A model generated the notes under the pieces. The model ran no database searches. It was given only the letters and a program-made list of their open reading frames with translations, and was not told where the DNA came from. From Amphiscolops sp. MND2022 (taxonomy: Eukaryota): a DNA stretch of 64,000 nt. The position numbers and the translations under genes were made by a program. The stretch covers positions 6,078,001-6,142,000 of the forward strand of contig OZ076409.1 in NCBI GenBank assembly GCA_964187785.1, in the 5' to 3' direction. The stretch's first letter is position 1; each line of letters opens with the position of its first letter. Positions 48,332 through 60,300 of the stretch are shown piece after piece.

Positions 48332-49456
48332 AAGAGGGTGCTCAACGACTAAGACCCGGGGAGTCAACTAAGGCCCGGGGAGCCTCAGTTGAAGACAAAC
48401 ACCCCTACACTCAACTCAATTGGATAACGCCTGGAGGATATCACTACGTTTGGTATTGGATACCTTGCAGCGTGATGTTCTTGTTGGAGCAGTTTTTTCT
48501 GCAACTTTGTTTCGTAATTTTAGTAGTCATGTAAACGTACGTCGCGACATTTTTGTTCTAGTTTTATTTGAGATGTTTGAAATCAAATACTTCTGTTAAT
48601 TCAATAAAAAACCCAAAAACTCTACATGTATTGCTACGCCCGAAAGGTGCTATTTTTGTTTTTCCAAGATTTCCAGAAGTTTCCTCCAGATTCCAATGTG
48701 ATATCCGGAAAAATAAGGAGCGCGCGCGCTCCTGATCTGCAAATAGCAAGATTTGATCTACCTTTGTCTGCTTTACTCCAGCGCTTATGCTTATGAGCAG
48801 TTCGTAGTTTGCTTCTGATGCGCTCCTTGACAGATGCTACTATACAGGTGTGGAGCTGCATATCAGTGCGTGTTGCCCAAACCAAGCCGAACTGTACAAA
48901 AAAAGTATCAAAGAAACAGCTTGTCTTCCTTTTAAACAGTGGTTTTACTGCTGAAAAGAAGTTTTAGCGAAAAGAAATTTTAACTGTGCTGCAAACTGAA
49001 CTTTTATTGCCGTGGAAAAGATGTTTTGCTGAAAACCACGTGCGCTTTGGAGCGTGAGCGCTCCGCAAAGGAAAATTTAGACGTCCAAAAACCAAAGTGC
49101 TAGCAGTATCCTATTCAGACTTTTGCAGAAAACTGAAAACTCGTGCTAAAAAAGTGGTACTTTTTTGATTGATGTATGGAATCTTGGATTTGATTAATCT
49201 CAAGGTGCATTTTTGAGTACTGGTTTTCTAGCTCTCGAGCTAGCTCTGTTTCAACAGTTTATGGACGATGCAGGTTCTCTGGATGGCAAGAAGCAAGACC
49301 TCATGGTTGCCCAATCAGCAAAAGATGACAGTGCCACTGGACCATTGCAACATCACCAGTTTGAGACCCCCGTGGATTGCACTCGTGATGTGGCGATGTA
49401 TTCAAGGCCAGCCTCTCCGCATGACAGGGACGTCATGCATAAAGCCCGGGGAGTGA

Positions 49457-50229
49457 TGTAACGGCAAGCTCTGGTACAGCAATATCAACCGATTTTGCAA
49501 CTTTGACATGTTCAAAAATTTTGTCAAAAATTCTAATCCGTTGTGTGACGTGGCACTGAGCATGTGATTGCTCTTTTCGCTGTTTCCACCAAATTGGCAG
49601 GTACTTCGACAACAAAGAGCAAGAACGAGCAAAAACACGGGCGCGCCGCCATGACAGAAGCCAAAGACGGCAAGAACATCCGAAAATAGACTCTTTTTGA
49701 GGTGCTAACACCGGTTTTATCGATTTTCAGCATTATGCTACCCTATGTAGCGGAAACCGTAAAAATGAGTCTTTTCGCCTAAAGATCCTTGTTTGGTGCT
49801 TGGAGCCCCTGCGCCCCAGCTTTTTAGCTGTGTGGTTTGCCATATTCGTGCCTGTTTTCATGTATTTTCAGTGATTTTGGCTGTATTCAGTAGCGTTAGC
49901 GCTAGTTTAGATCTTATTCCCCAATTTTAGATCTTATTCACATGTCACCCTGGAACTGGAAATTTACCTTATTCTTGGCATTGTTTTTGTATGCTAGTTA
50001 AGCGGTGGTCTTTAGAGAGCCAGAAAGATGCCCGTTACTATTAGCAATCAAAGACTAGGACCGGTTGGACAGTATTCGTCGAAGCACCCGCGGCCCCGGG
50101 ACGTATTTCACCCCTGGAGGCAAAATGGATCTGTGGCGATGGGCGCCTGTCCCGAGCGATTCACCCATTCCTGCAGGTTCCTCCACCTCTGTTAACGCGT
50201 TAAGCGACCGATAACAGCTTGCCGTTACA
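49457..50229 (+). repeat. 3' LTR of element B
   Basis: Direct repeat of 41668-42440; preceded by AAAGCCCGGGGAGTGA. Confidence 0.95.
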
Positions 50230-50516
50230 AATGGTGTTTACATAAGGTAGTTGCTTGAGAAACTTTCGCGTGAAAACAAAGTGATCGCGCTGGTGAAGAA
50301 GTGGAATTGTTTTCAGTTTTAATTCAAATAGTGAAGGCTGCATTGTAATCCTACAAAATGTTTCCATGCACGGTCCCGGAATTTTCCATGTTTTATAAAT
50401 AGCCTGCATGTTTCCATGCAGCATGTAAAAAGTTCAGGCAATCGCGGCTAGGGACCCCTTGTTTATTACATCTCTGTTTATCAGATGTTCATCATAATTT
50501 GTTTATCATCTCTTTG

Positions 50517-50908
50517 GGCATAGCGACAACTCATATCAAACGATAACTCATATCAATTCGGAAAAAAACGACAGGTCATATCAAGTTTGCCAATAGGTCA
50601 CAAATACCTAATTTATACTTCAAGAACAACTCATAATTAAAATGCAATGAGAAATTCCAAATATACACTGATATTTACCATGAAATCTTGTTACTATTTT
50701 ATAATTTCCATTAATTACTTATCAATTATCTAACTTTCTCTAATTATCGAAAGAATTATTTGCAATAAATTTTCTTACATAGATTTTATTTTTCTGATGA
50801 GTTTTGATTGATATAAGTTATCGCTTGATATGAGTTGTCGCTTTTTTGAAATTGATATGAGTTGTCGCCTGATATGAGTTGTCGCTTGATACGAGTTGTC
50901 GTCGTACG
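50517..50908. mobile_element. MITE, ~390 bp, with 8-bp TSD TCTCTTTG and CGACAACTCATATCAA subterminal repeats
   Basis: TSD at 50509-50516 and 50909-50916; inverted arrays of CGACAACTCATATCAA / TTGATATGAGTTGTCG. Confidence 0.8.
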
Positions 50909-51798
50909 TCTCTTTGCGTGTATTCATGAACTTGAATCGAAAAAAATTGACAACAAAAAAGGAATTAAGTCACACTACATTGAAAGTCTCTCTACTTTGA
51001 AAGTATCCCTACAGGTACCTAACACAGAAAGGTAAAGGCAGCTAATCACAACCGCATTGTTCCTTATTCAAGGCGATGGATTTAAAACTAGAATAAACTT
51101 TCATTGAAAGTTTTGCCAAAATGATAATGGTAATTTTGGTTAGAATTTCAATTTAAATTGGAGTTCATCATTTTTCAAATTCATAAGTTTTAAATATTTT
51201 TTCTCAGATGTCTGATTGAAGTTGCAAAACCATTTGTCTTCTTATAAAACTACCACGGAAACTTCCATGAATTAATTGAATCCTTTTAAGCTGTATGAAA
51301 CTTGTTTGGTGATAATTCGGAACCATGAGGTTTTGTTTTGCCTCAGAGCTGTTTTTTTAAACTTAAAAAAGTAAAAACCGTTTTTTAAAATCACTTTTTT
51401 GAAAAATCACGCGTCAAAAACAAATACCTCACAGTTCATTCATTCTGTACCAATTTGGCTTTATGATTTTCTCGTTGAACTCAAACCATTTGGAAAGTTT
51501 TTTCAGGTGTAGTTATCCATGACCAATGTTTTCCAAGATATTGCAAGTGATGATGCATTTCCAACTAAGCTGTTCTTAGCTTTTTGGTACTGTTTCACTT
51601 AAACCGAAACTCAAAGTTTGTAGGCTGCATGTGTATGCAGTTTGTAAGTCTCGGAAAGCTGTTTAATTTGCTGTTTCATCGAGATCCGAACACTATCCAG
51701 TCGTTCTACTTCTTGGCCAATTTGCTTGATAGCTTCTACTGCCGCACTGTTTGAGTTGAGTAGCGTACCGTGTTCCTGAAACGAACGAGTTACCTCTC

Positions 51799-51997
51799 CA
51801 GAGTCGAATTATGTAGAATCGAACATTGCAAACCGAATTTCCAGGATTGAATGATTCAGGATCGAATTTTACAGGGCACTATAGCAATGGTATAAAATGA
51901 ATAAAATTTTCACCTCTTTCGATCCTAGATAAAATCAAGTCGCGATTCGATCTTAGATAACTTTGCACATTTTTCGATACTACGTAATTCAACTTTG
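51799..51997. mobile_element. Small (~200 bp) TIR element remnant
   Basis: CAGAGTCGAATTATGTAGAATCGAA vs rc CAAAGTTGAATTACGTAGTATCGAA; no TSD recognised. Confidence 0.5.
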
Positions 51998-52487
51998 CAC
52001 AGCAATCCCAAACGGACAAGACAATTTTTGTTTGTTGAAGTTGAAGTACTCATTAAAAGACACTTCCAAAAAACACTTATTTTGACTGAAAGCATACGAC
52101 ACTATCCCAATATCAATAACTTTTCAATAGCAACTGATAACAAATTCGAATGACGTCATTGCATCTACACTTTTGTCACTATTTTTTGTCAAAATAATCA
52201 TGTCCCGAAAAGAAGAAATGAAGCCAGGAAACAAGTTTACTGAAAATATAAGACATGTCTTATATTAAGCAGGAAACTGTATATCATTCATCGTCCACCA
52301 TGTTCATCTGAAGAGACTTTTAGGAGTGCTTTTTTTGATTTTTTTGCTGCTTTCAAAAGGAGAGGAAGGCAACCTAAAACGGTAGTTGCCGATTGCCCAG
52401 CGGTTTTATTAAATTTTTCAACTAGCATTCATACGCCAACAAACAAATTGTCCAAAAGATTTTTGTACCAATGATAGTTGAACGCTG

Positions 52488-53036
52488 CCCTGGTTGGAAC
52501 TGCTTGAACTTTTTACATGTTTTTGTAGGTTACCAAGCTTATTATCCATGATTTTATGAAGTTCTCAAAGAAACGTCTATGCAATAAAACTTCACTGATT
52601 CGATTTAATTTTATCAAGATGCCTATAAGATGCATCCTTGATTTAGCTGCAAGTTTGCGCGGCAAAGTTTTGCAGGTTTCATTAAGATGCCGGTCTAATT
52701 TTGAAAGCAGCTGAGACCGTCATCAATTTTATCGCGGTTTCAAGGCAAATAATTTTCAGTCACGTTATAAGTTTCAAAGTAGCGTCATATTTAGCGTGCT
52801 TTTTGACTAATGGTGTTTACATAAGGTAGTTGCTTGAGAAACTTACGCGTGAAAACAAAGTGATCGCGCTGGTGAAGAAGTGGAATTGTTTTCAGTTTTA
52901 TTTTTAAAAGTGGAGGCAGCATTGTAATCCTACAAAATGTTTCCATGCAGGCTCCCGGATCTTTCCATGTTTTGCAAAAAGCTAGCCTGCATGTTTCCAT
53001 GCAGCATGTAAAAAATTCAAGCAATCTTGACAAGGG
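52488..53036. mobile_element. Uninterrupted copy of the CCC-terminated MITE (CMC/EnSpm-like)
   Basis: Colinear with 41400-41667 + 50233-50453; TIRs CCCTGG.../...CAAGGG; flanks TG/CG. Confidence 0.8.
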
Positions 53037-53239
53037 CGGTTTCACATTTTCGACAATTTCAATCTCGTAAATTGTCGTCTCTCTTTTTTGCTTGTCTCAC
53101 AAAAAACTTGGCTCAAGTCTCTAAAAAATTGCACCAAAGTCTCTACAAAATATTATTGCACCAAATTGCACTATTTGGTCTAGCGAACTGAACCAAAATG
53201 GTTTTTCCTGTTTACCGCGGAACATATCATGCCGGGCGA

Positions 53240-54382
53240 GACCAAAGGGTCCCCTTTCAATTTTTTCGGCACTTCGAACCTTTTTTTTCGAAAAAAATTC
53301 CCCAAATAGTCCCCCTTCAATTTTTTTGCTGTTTTGCGACAGAATGGATGTTGGAAAAACCCAAATGGTCCCCCTTTCATCTTTTCGGCACTGTAAGATT
53401 TTTTTTTCGAAAATGAAAATTTTCCCCTCTTCAATTTTTTGATGTTTTGCGACAGAATCAATGCTGAAAAAACCCCAAAGTGTCCTCCCTTTCAGTTTTT
53501 TTAGCATTGTGAGACTTTTTTCTAATTTTTTTTCTCTCCAAAGGGTCCACCTTCAATTTCTTTGATATTTTTCCACACATTGGGTGTTTAAAAATCCCAA
53601 AGGGCTCCCCTTTCAGTTTTTTGTCATTGTGAGACTTTTTTTCGAAAATTTGTTTTTTCTCCAAAGGGTCCCCCCTTCAACTGCGACAAAAATGTTGACA
53701 ATTTCGGAAGGCTTCGGTCAATAAGTTCGATTTACCAAGTTCGAATTTGAACTAGTGCAATTAGTTCGAATGGAATAGTTTCGAGACACCAAGTTCGAAT
53801 TTTCATATCGGGCATATCCGTTGTAAACTGGACATCCTTCACACAAGATCCTGAGAGCTCCACCGCCTACTAGGATCTAAAGGAATCTAAAAACTGAAAT
53901 GTGGGGCATACCCGGTGTATGCACGCTCGCCCTCACCGTCGCAAAGACCAGCTTCCACTACGATTGCTTCGCGATCTCCGTTCCCATTAGGTCTTTGCTC
54001 CTTTTCGACCTCGCTTAGCAAGACGGGAATATAAGCGGCCCCAAGGGGCCGCAGGGCACTAGAGGAAATGGGGTAATATCAGTGGCACGTTTTATACTTA
54101 GTTCAAAAGTCGAACACAGTGATTCCGGTTTTTGGAAAAGTCGAACTTAGTCCATTCGAAATTAAAATTCGAACTCATGGGTTCGAACTTATTACCGTGT
54201 CCCTTTCGGAAGTGTCCCCCTTCTAGCGCGCCAGGGGCTCGCGCTAGCGTGCCCCGGCGCGCCACACGGTTCATATTTTTTGCTTTTTCGATTTTCGAGT
54301 ACTGTAAATTGACACTTGGAAGTCCTTTCGTTATTTTTGAGCCTCGGATATGACGCTGACTTGGGCCGGTCCCGGCTTGTTT
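53240..54382. repeat. Non-coding repeat element with degenerate CCCCTTTCA(A/G)TTTTT subrepeats and a GC-rich end (GGGCCGGTCCCGGCTTGTT); interrupted by a MITE
   Basis: Recurring AAAGGGTCCCCCTTTCAATTTTTT units at 53240-53680; family assignment not possible by eye. Confidence 0.45.
53710..54203. mobile_element. Second copy of the ~500-bp GG/8-bp-TSD MITE
   Basis: TSD TTTCGGAA (53702-53709 and 54204-54211); colinear with 10820-11321. Confidence 0.88.
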
Positions 54383-55671
54383 TATGTTCTAATTTATCTT
54401 TGTCTTGATTTTTACAAATCTGATTCATATTATCAATTAAGTATTGTCACAGGCTGCCGCCTGTGACGGAAATAGTTACACCACAACGGCGTCCGGACAG
54501 GACATAACACCGGGAACACTGCCAATATAATAAAACGCAAACAACAAACTTTAGAAACTTGGTTTAATCACGTTTTTCCTTTTGTTCATTTATCCATGTA
54601 GTGTTTATGTATTTTGATAAAGCCAGTATTAGTCTGTTAAAGTTGTACAACTTGGAAATATCCAAAGCAAGCTATAATGCAATGAGTGCAAATAAAATGC
54701 AAAAATACTTGATTGTAAGCTGGAGCAACTGTAAAGCAGTATAGGAAACGAATTCAAGAGATGTACAGTGCTAATCTAAAAGCGTCACTTGAGCTCGTTG
54801 TCCTGGCCAATCATATCGCTTCAATTTGTGAGATTAAAACAACTTTAATATAATGGCGGCCGAATAAAGCCAATTGACTCAACATGTACGCTTTGTTCCA
54901 CACATTGGTCAAAAGGCCGGTTTCGGCCTTCTCGTTAAAATATGATGTTGCTCAATATATTTGTACTGGTATTTAACCGTATTAGTCAGAAACTACTCTA
55001 AACGTGTTCCTAGTGTTAAATGAACACTCCCGTGCTGTTTAACGAACTAAACAAGCATAGTGCTAACTTGAAGGCCGGACAAGGTTTTTTCCCCCTTTCC
55101 CTTCAGTACTGGATTAATAAATCGGATTTGGCCGTTTTCGGCCTTGTTAGGAAAGTACTTTGTTTTAATAGTGCAGTATTATTTTAAACAAATTAAGCTT
55201 GTATTATTTAATTTTGTTCTACCCAGTGCTAAATAATACACGCGTGGCGACGTACGCTGCATTTACATTCCCCTGGGATGCTTTTCACATTCCGTCAACG
55301 AGTATTGGTATTTGTTGACAAAATGATGATGATGTTTTCATAAATATGCTACTTGAAGTTGCAGCTTGTATACCCGCTAGAATGTTATTCGTTTGATGTT
55401 GAGTTCTCAGAAATTATCTGAATGTTAGAAATTTTCCCAATCGGGACTTCACCAACCTATGTGCTTTGAATTCATGTATCTTGTAAACCTATTTCTTAAC
55501 TAGAAGTATAGGAGAAATGTGAATGTCACCCACTCATGAGTATATATACTTGAATTTAGCCTGAGTGGGACACAATTCATATTGAATGCATCTAGTGAAG
55601 ATTGTTATACAGACGGTTCCACTGTTATTTTCCGAGTTAAAAATTTCATTGTTCAATTCGGATTATTTTCG

Positions 55672-57390
55672 ATGCCTACCACGAGGAAGCAGAAAAAAGC
55701 TAGAAAGTCAAGAGGAATTGAGATGCTCTCAGATATAGAGAAGTTAGACATCATGCTTGGTGAAAATCACTTTGACAGAAATGAGAGATGAAAGTATTAG
55801 TAGTAACCGAGCTAGGAGGACTGGAAGTGCTTCAGGGGATGAATTCGAAAACAATGATGAAAATAACCATTTGAATATAGGAGATTTTGGTCCTGGTACT
55901 AGTGCCAATCATGGCCGAAACTCAACAGGAGGTAATTCGAGTGCCGAGATCAATAAGTTATCAAGTGAGTTGAACTCAAGATTGTCTAGAGTACTAGATG
56001 AAATGATGAGTAGTGTCAACACCCAAATCCAAAGAGCAATTAGTGATGCGATTAGTGATCAGATCTTACCGCAAATTCAATCCGTCCTAAATGCCGGATT
56101 GGGACAACCGACACTAAACAGTTGGAAAGCTCCGTCCGAGAGACCGGGGATGAATTCCGAGGAAACTTACGGTGAGAAAACTAAGAAAAACAATAGAAGT
56201 GAGCAGCGCTGTGATTATCAATTTGGTAGTCAACCTAATTTACGCGCTTACGACATGGTGACAGGAGACAACGAATCTCCAATCGAAGCTCGTGAGTTTC
56301 TCACGGGACGAATGCCATCTCGAAACCATCTACAGAGTTCCCATGATGACCTCAACCCACTACTAGACACGACAATCCAGCACAAGAAAGAGCCGTTCAG
56401 ACCCCTGAAATAGACCCTATCACCCGATTGGCCGATGTCCTGACAAGCATGCAGAATCGTCCTTCAGCCCAACAGCTCACTATCCGCCCAGTCAATTCAA
56501 ACACAATGACTTTCGATGATAAAAGTGAGGAATTTGAGCTGTTTGAGGATCTGTTCCACACGATGATCAAGATGCAGCCTGAAATGTCGGAACAAATGAA
56601 AATTAACCACTTCCACTCGCTCCTGCGGAAGAATGCCTTACAAACATTCCGAAACATCAGCACAGCTAATAGACAGACCCTTGAAGACGTATTAGTCATA
56701 TTCCGACGTGAATATGTCAAACCCGAGTCCCAAGCAACCGCCAAACATAAATGGCACCGTCTGGTATTTGACCCAAACACAACAAAACTACCCGATTTTC
56801 TTGAAGAACTAAACCAAGGCGCAGAGAAAGCGTTTGAAGACAACGCCCAAAAGAAGATTGACAGCCTCCTATACGCAAAACTGCCGCCGAAACTGAAAAG
56901 ATCAGTTAACATGGCTAGACTGGAAAATGGCTCCTATGACGAAATCGTCGCTCATCTCGAGAGAGAGTTGGACTTAAATGCACTTGAAGAATCTGATGAC
57001 CTTCCGATGGCATCAATGATATCTTCAACCTCGAAAACAAAAACTGTTCCCTCCAAGGCGCAGATGAGCGACATCACATGCAACTATTGCAAAGAAAAGG
57101 GCCATATGGTCAAAGACTGCGAGAAACTCAAAGAGAAAAGGAGATAGATGCCCAGCAAGGCAAACCAACCCAGAAAAAGCTTGACTTACCCCAAATGCAG
57201 TACTTGTGGCAAGACCAACCATCCCGAAGGGAGATGTTGGCAGGGAGCAGGTGCGCACCTTAAACCCAAGCGCACCAGGCCAGAAGACTCGTCAGACAAT
57301 AATCCTGACTCTAAGGCCCCCAAACCCCACTACAAGCCAATATCATCCACCTCTCAATCTTCATCCAGCAAAGAGGATTCGAAAAACTAG
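55672..57390 (+). pseudogene. gag: Gypsy gag (frameshifts near 55785, 56380 and 57140)
   Basis: MPTTRKQKKARKSR...; CNYCKEKGHMVKDC and CSTCGKTNHPEGRC knuckles. Confidence 0.9.
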
Positions 57391-57399
57391 CTTCGCCAC

Positions 57400-60300
57400 G
57401 ACTCCAATATAATCAATTAGTCTCTGTCCGACAGTACATTAAATCGGACCCTCCAACTAAAAACTTTCACAGTTACCAACAACAATTGATGGGCTATCCT
57501 TCTATTGTATGGCAGCAACAGATGGACAAAGCTATCATCACCACCTACAACAATACCCATTTATTCCAAAAACCAATTCCTGTTTGGTACCCTGACAACA
57601 CGACCACCTTCACTACCCGGTTCAGACCCATTCCCCTGATCGATGAATACAATCCAACATACATCAACCCAGACTATGGCAGAGATCCCTTTTGGGACAC
57701 AGAGATTTATAATCAAGACCCATTGCAATTTCAGTATGTTCTAGACGACATTGAACACTACAACAAAACAGTCAACGAGAACCCTCCAATTACCCGCAAC
57801 AAGAAAACACGAGCACTAATTGAAAACTGGCAAATGAACAATGGTCCAAACCACCCAGTGTTCCCAAACCCCTTCGGACCGAGAATCTTGAAAATAGTGC
57901 TGAAACAATACCACAATCGCTATTAGACGAGAAACAGTTCCAAACTGTACTCATCATCAAAGATGGTGAATCAGACTGTATACCCCTGTCAACCATCATT
58001 AACCTCAAAAGCAAGAAACGCATGCTTTATTTCCCAATGGATTTTGGGGAACTGACCATTGATGGACTCAGACACTGGGACTCTCTCCAGTGCAATTCCT
58101 GAAATGAACCTTCGGAAAATCCGCCTTCTATCTCCACAATCTGTCATCCGGGATGGTCCGCCTCCGAACATCCAAATCATGGTCGCTAATGGGCAACTGG
58201 AAACTCCCAAGAGTACCATAGAGCTCAAATTCGAAATTGGTGACATTGGGTTCCATGAAATCTTCATAGTAATGGAACATTTGACAGGACCGATTATTGG
58301 ACTGATGTTCCTTCAACGAAATCATACAGTCCTGGACATGAGAGACAAGGAATCTTTAACTTCCCGTTCTTTTCAATGAAGCTCAAAACAGCCGATCAAA
58401 AATATTCGAATGTGCAGGAACCGATTCTCAACCCCACTGAAATCACCATTCCACCAAATGAGAGAGTTCTAATTAGAACCAATTCCTTGATGTACCCCGA
58501 GAATGCCGTCACTGGGATTCTACAACCAAGCGACCTTCTACATGAAGAAGGCGACAACACATTTTGCCCAGCTTTGGTCACTCTGAACGATGGCAGTATA
58601 TCGATACCTGTGAACAATTTCACAGACCACCCTTACAAGCTCAAAAAAGGACTTCACATTGCCAATTTCTCAGTCATGACGCCAGAACAGATGAAGTATG
58701 TCAAACCGGTAGACCCGGCAACAACCTGGCACCTTTTGCAAAATGACTGAGAGCAGGCAGCCCATTACGTCAGCAGCCTCATCAAGACAAATAAAAATCC
58801 TCAAAATTCGAAAAATACTGGTTCCCAACTCCAGAAAACCCTGGAAATCCCGAGGAACACACGCTTATCCAGAAACGAATTCTACGTGAATTACAGGCCT
58901 TACAGGACCTGGAGACACTCGACCCCACCCAAGATGAGGAATCTTGTGCAAAATTCCTAGAAAACTTTGATTGGAAATATTCCACTCTTACTTCTGAAGA
59001 AGAGGAGAAAATTGAACAATTACTAGTGGAATTCCACGATATATTTGCACGACACAGATTTGATATAGGCATGAATGAGGAATTCAAGGTGAAATTAACA
59101 CCTAAGGACGATTCCCCAGCCTATATCCAGAGCTTTCCAGCCAACCTATTAACCTATCGACATGTTACACAAATATGGCATAATTCTACCCTACCATTCT
59201 CGAAATATGCGAGTCCAATATTCGCACAAAAGAAACCGAATGGAAAACTCAGACTCTTGGTTGACTTGAGAAAAATCAACAACCTCATATCGGATGATTA
59301 CATAAACAATAATCGTCCCGTCAGTACCCTAGTCGACGCCGCCCAACACTTGGCAGGCAAAAATTGTTCTGTTAATTAGACTGCTCACAGGCATACCACT
59401 GCCTGCCGATGGCTGATCAACAATTGATTGAAATGTTGGGCTTTAATTTCGCCAGTCGCACATTTGCATACAGAAGTTTGGCACAAGGCCTTAGCCGGGC
59501 TCTATCTGCATTTTCCTGCTTTATGAGGGAATACCTCGACAAAGTCATCAAAGCGGATCAGTGTGCCCAGTATGTGGACGATATTGGCATTGCAGCCAAT
59601 GATGCTGACCACCTCATAGCTAACCTGAGAGCAACGTTCAAATGCATTCAGGAAGCAGGCTTTAAGTTGACAATGCACAAAAGTCACTTCGGTGCAAAAG
59701 AAATTGATTTTCTCGGAAAAACTATTAACCCACAAGGCGTCAAACCCCAGAAACAAATTGTACAAAACTTTCTGGAAAAAACCAAACTCCCAAAGTCGAA
59801 AAAAGCTCTACAACGCTACTTGGGATTCCTGAACTACTACATAAATTATGTCCCAAGACTTTCAGTACGCCTTGCTCCATTCTACAAGATGCTGAAAAGG
59901 GACAAAAAAGTCCTAGTATCGAAGAATTAGTCCAACAGTTCGAAGAAATCAATAAAGCACTCGACAAAAGTTGCGATTTGGCCCTACAACAACATTTACC
60001 GAACAAGCAATTTGCACTAATGACAGATGCAAGTTTTAGTGCAGCTGGGTACGCGGTCTTAATTGAAGACGACCCAAGCCAGAAACTTACATCACTCAGA
60101 AAATCGTATGCACCGGTAGCATATGGATCAAAAACCTTCTCCCCAGCACAGATCAAAATGTCAATTTATGCCAAGGAATTCCTTGCAATTTACTTCGCAA
60201 TTAAAAAATTCGGACAAATCTTCTGGGGTGCGCCGAAACCGGTCATTATACTTACAGATAACAAAGCTGTTACGCGATTTTTTCAAACGAAAATAATACC

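Larger units (their letters stand above)
41668..50229 (+). mobile_element. Non-autonomous LTR element B (same family as A), 8.56 kb, with 3-bp TSD AAT
   Basis: 773-bp LTRs at 41668-42440 and 49457-50229 (about 10 mismatches by eye). PBS at 42456. The empty-site homolog at ~52805 reads GACTAATGGTG. Confidence 0.93.
41400..50453. mobile_element. CCC-terminated MITE (~490 bp: 41400-41667 + 50230-50453) split by LTR element B; 2-bp TSD AC
   Basis: Ends CCCTGGTTGGAACTGCTTGAACTTTTTA / rc CCCTAGCCGCGATTGCCTGAACTTTTTA; AC on both sides; uninterrupted copy at 52488-53036. Confidence 0.8.
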
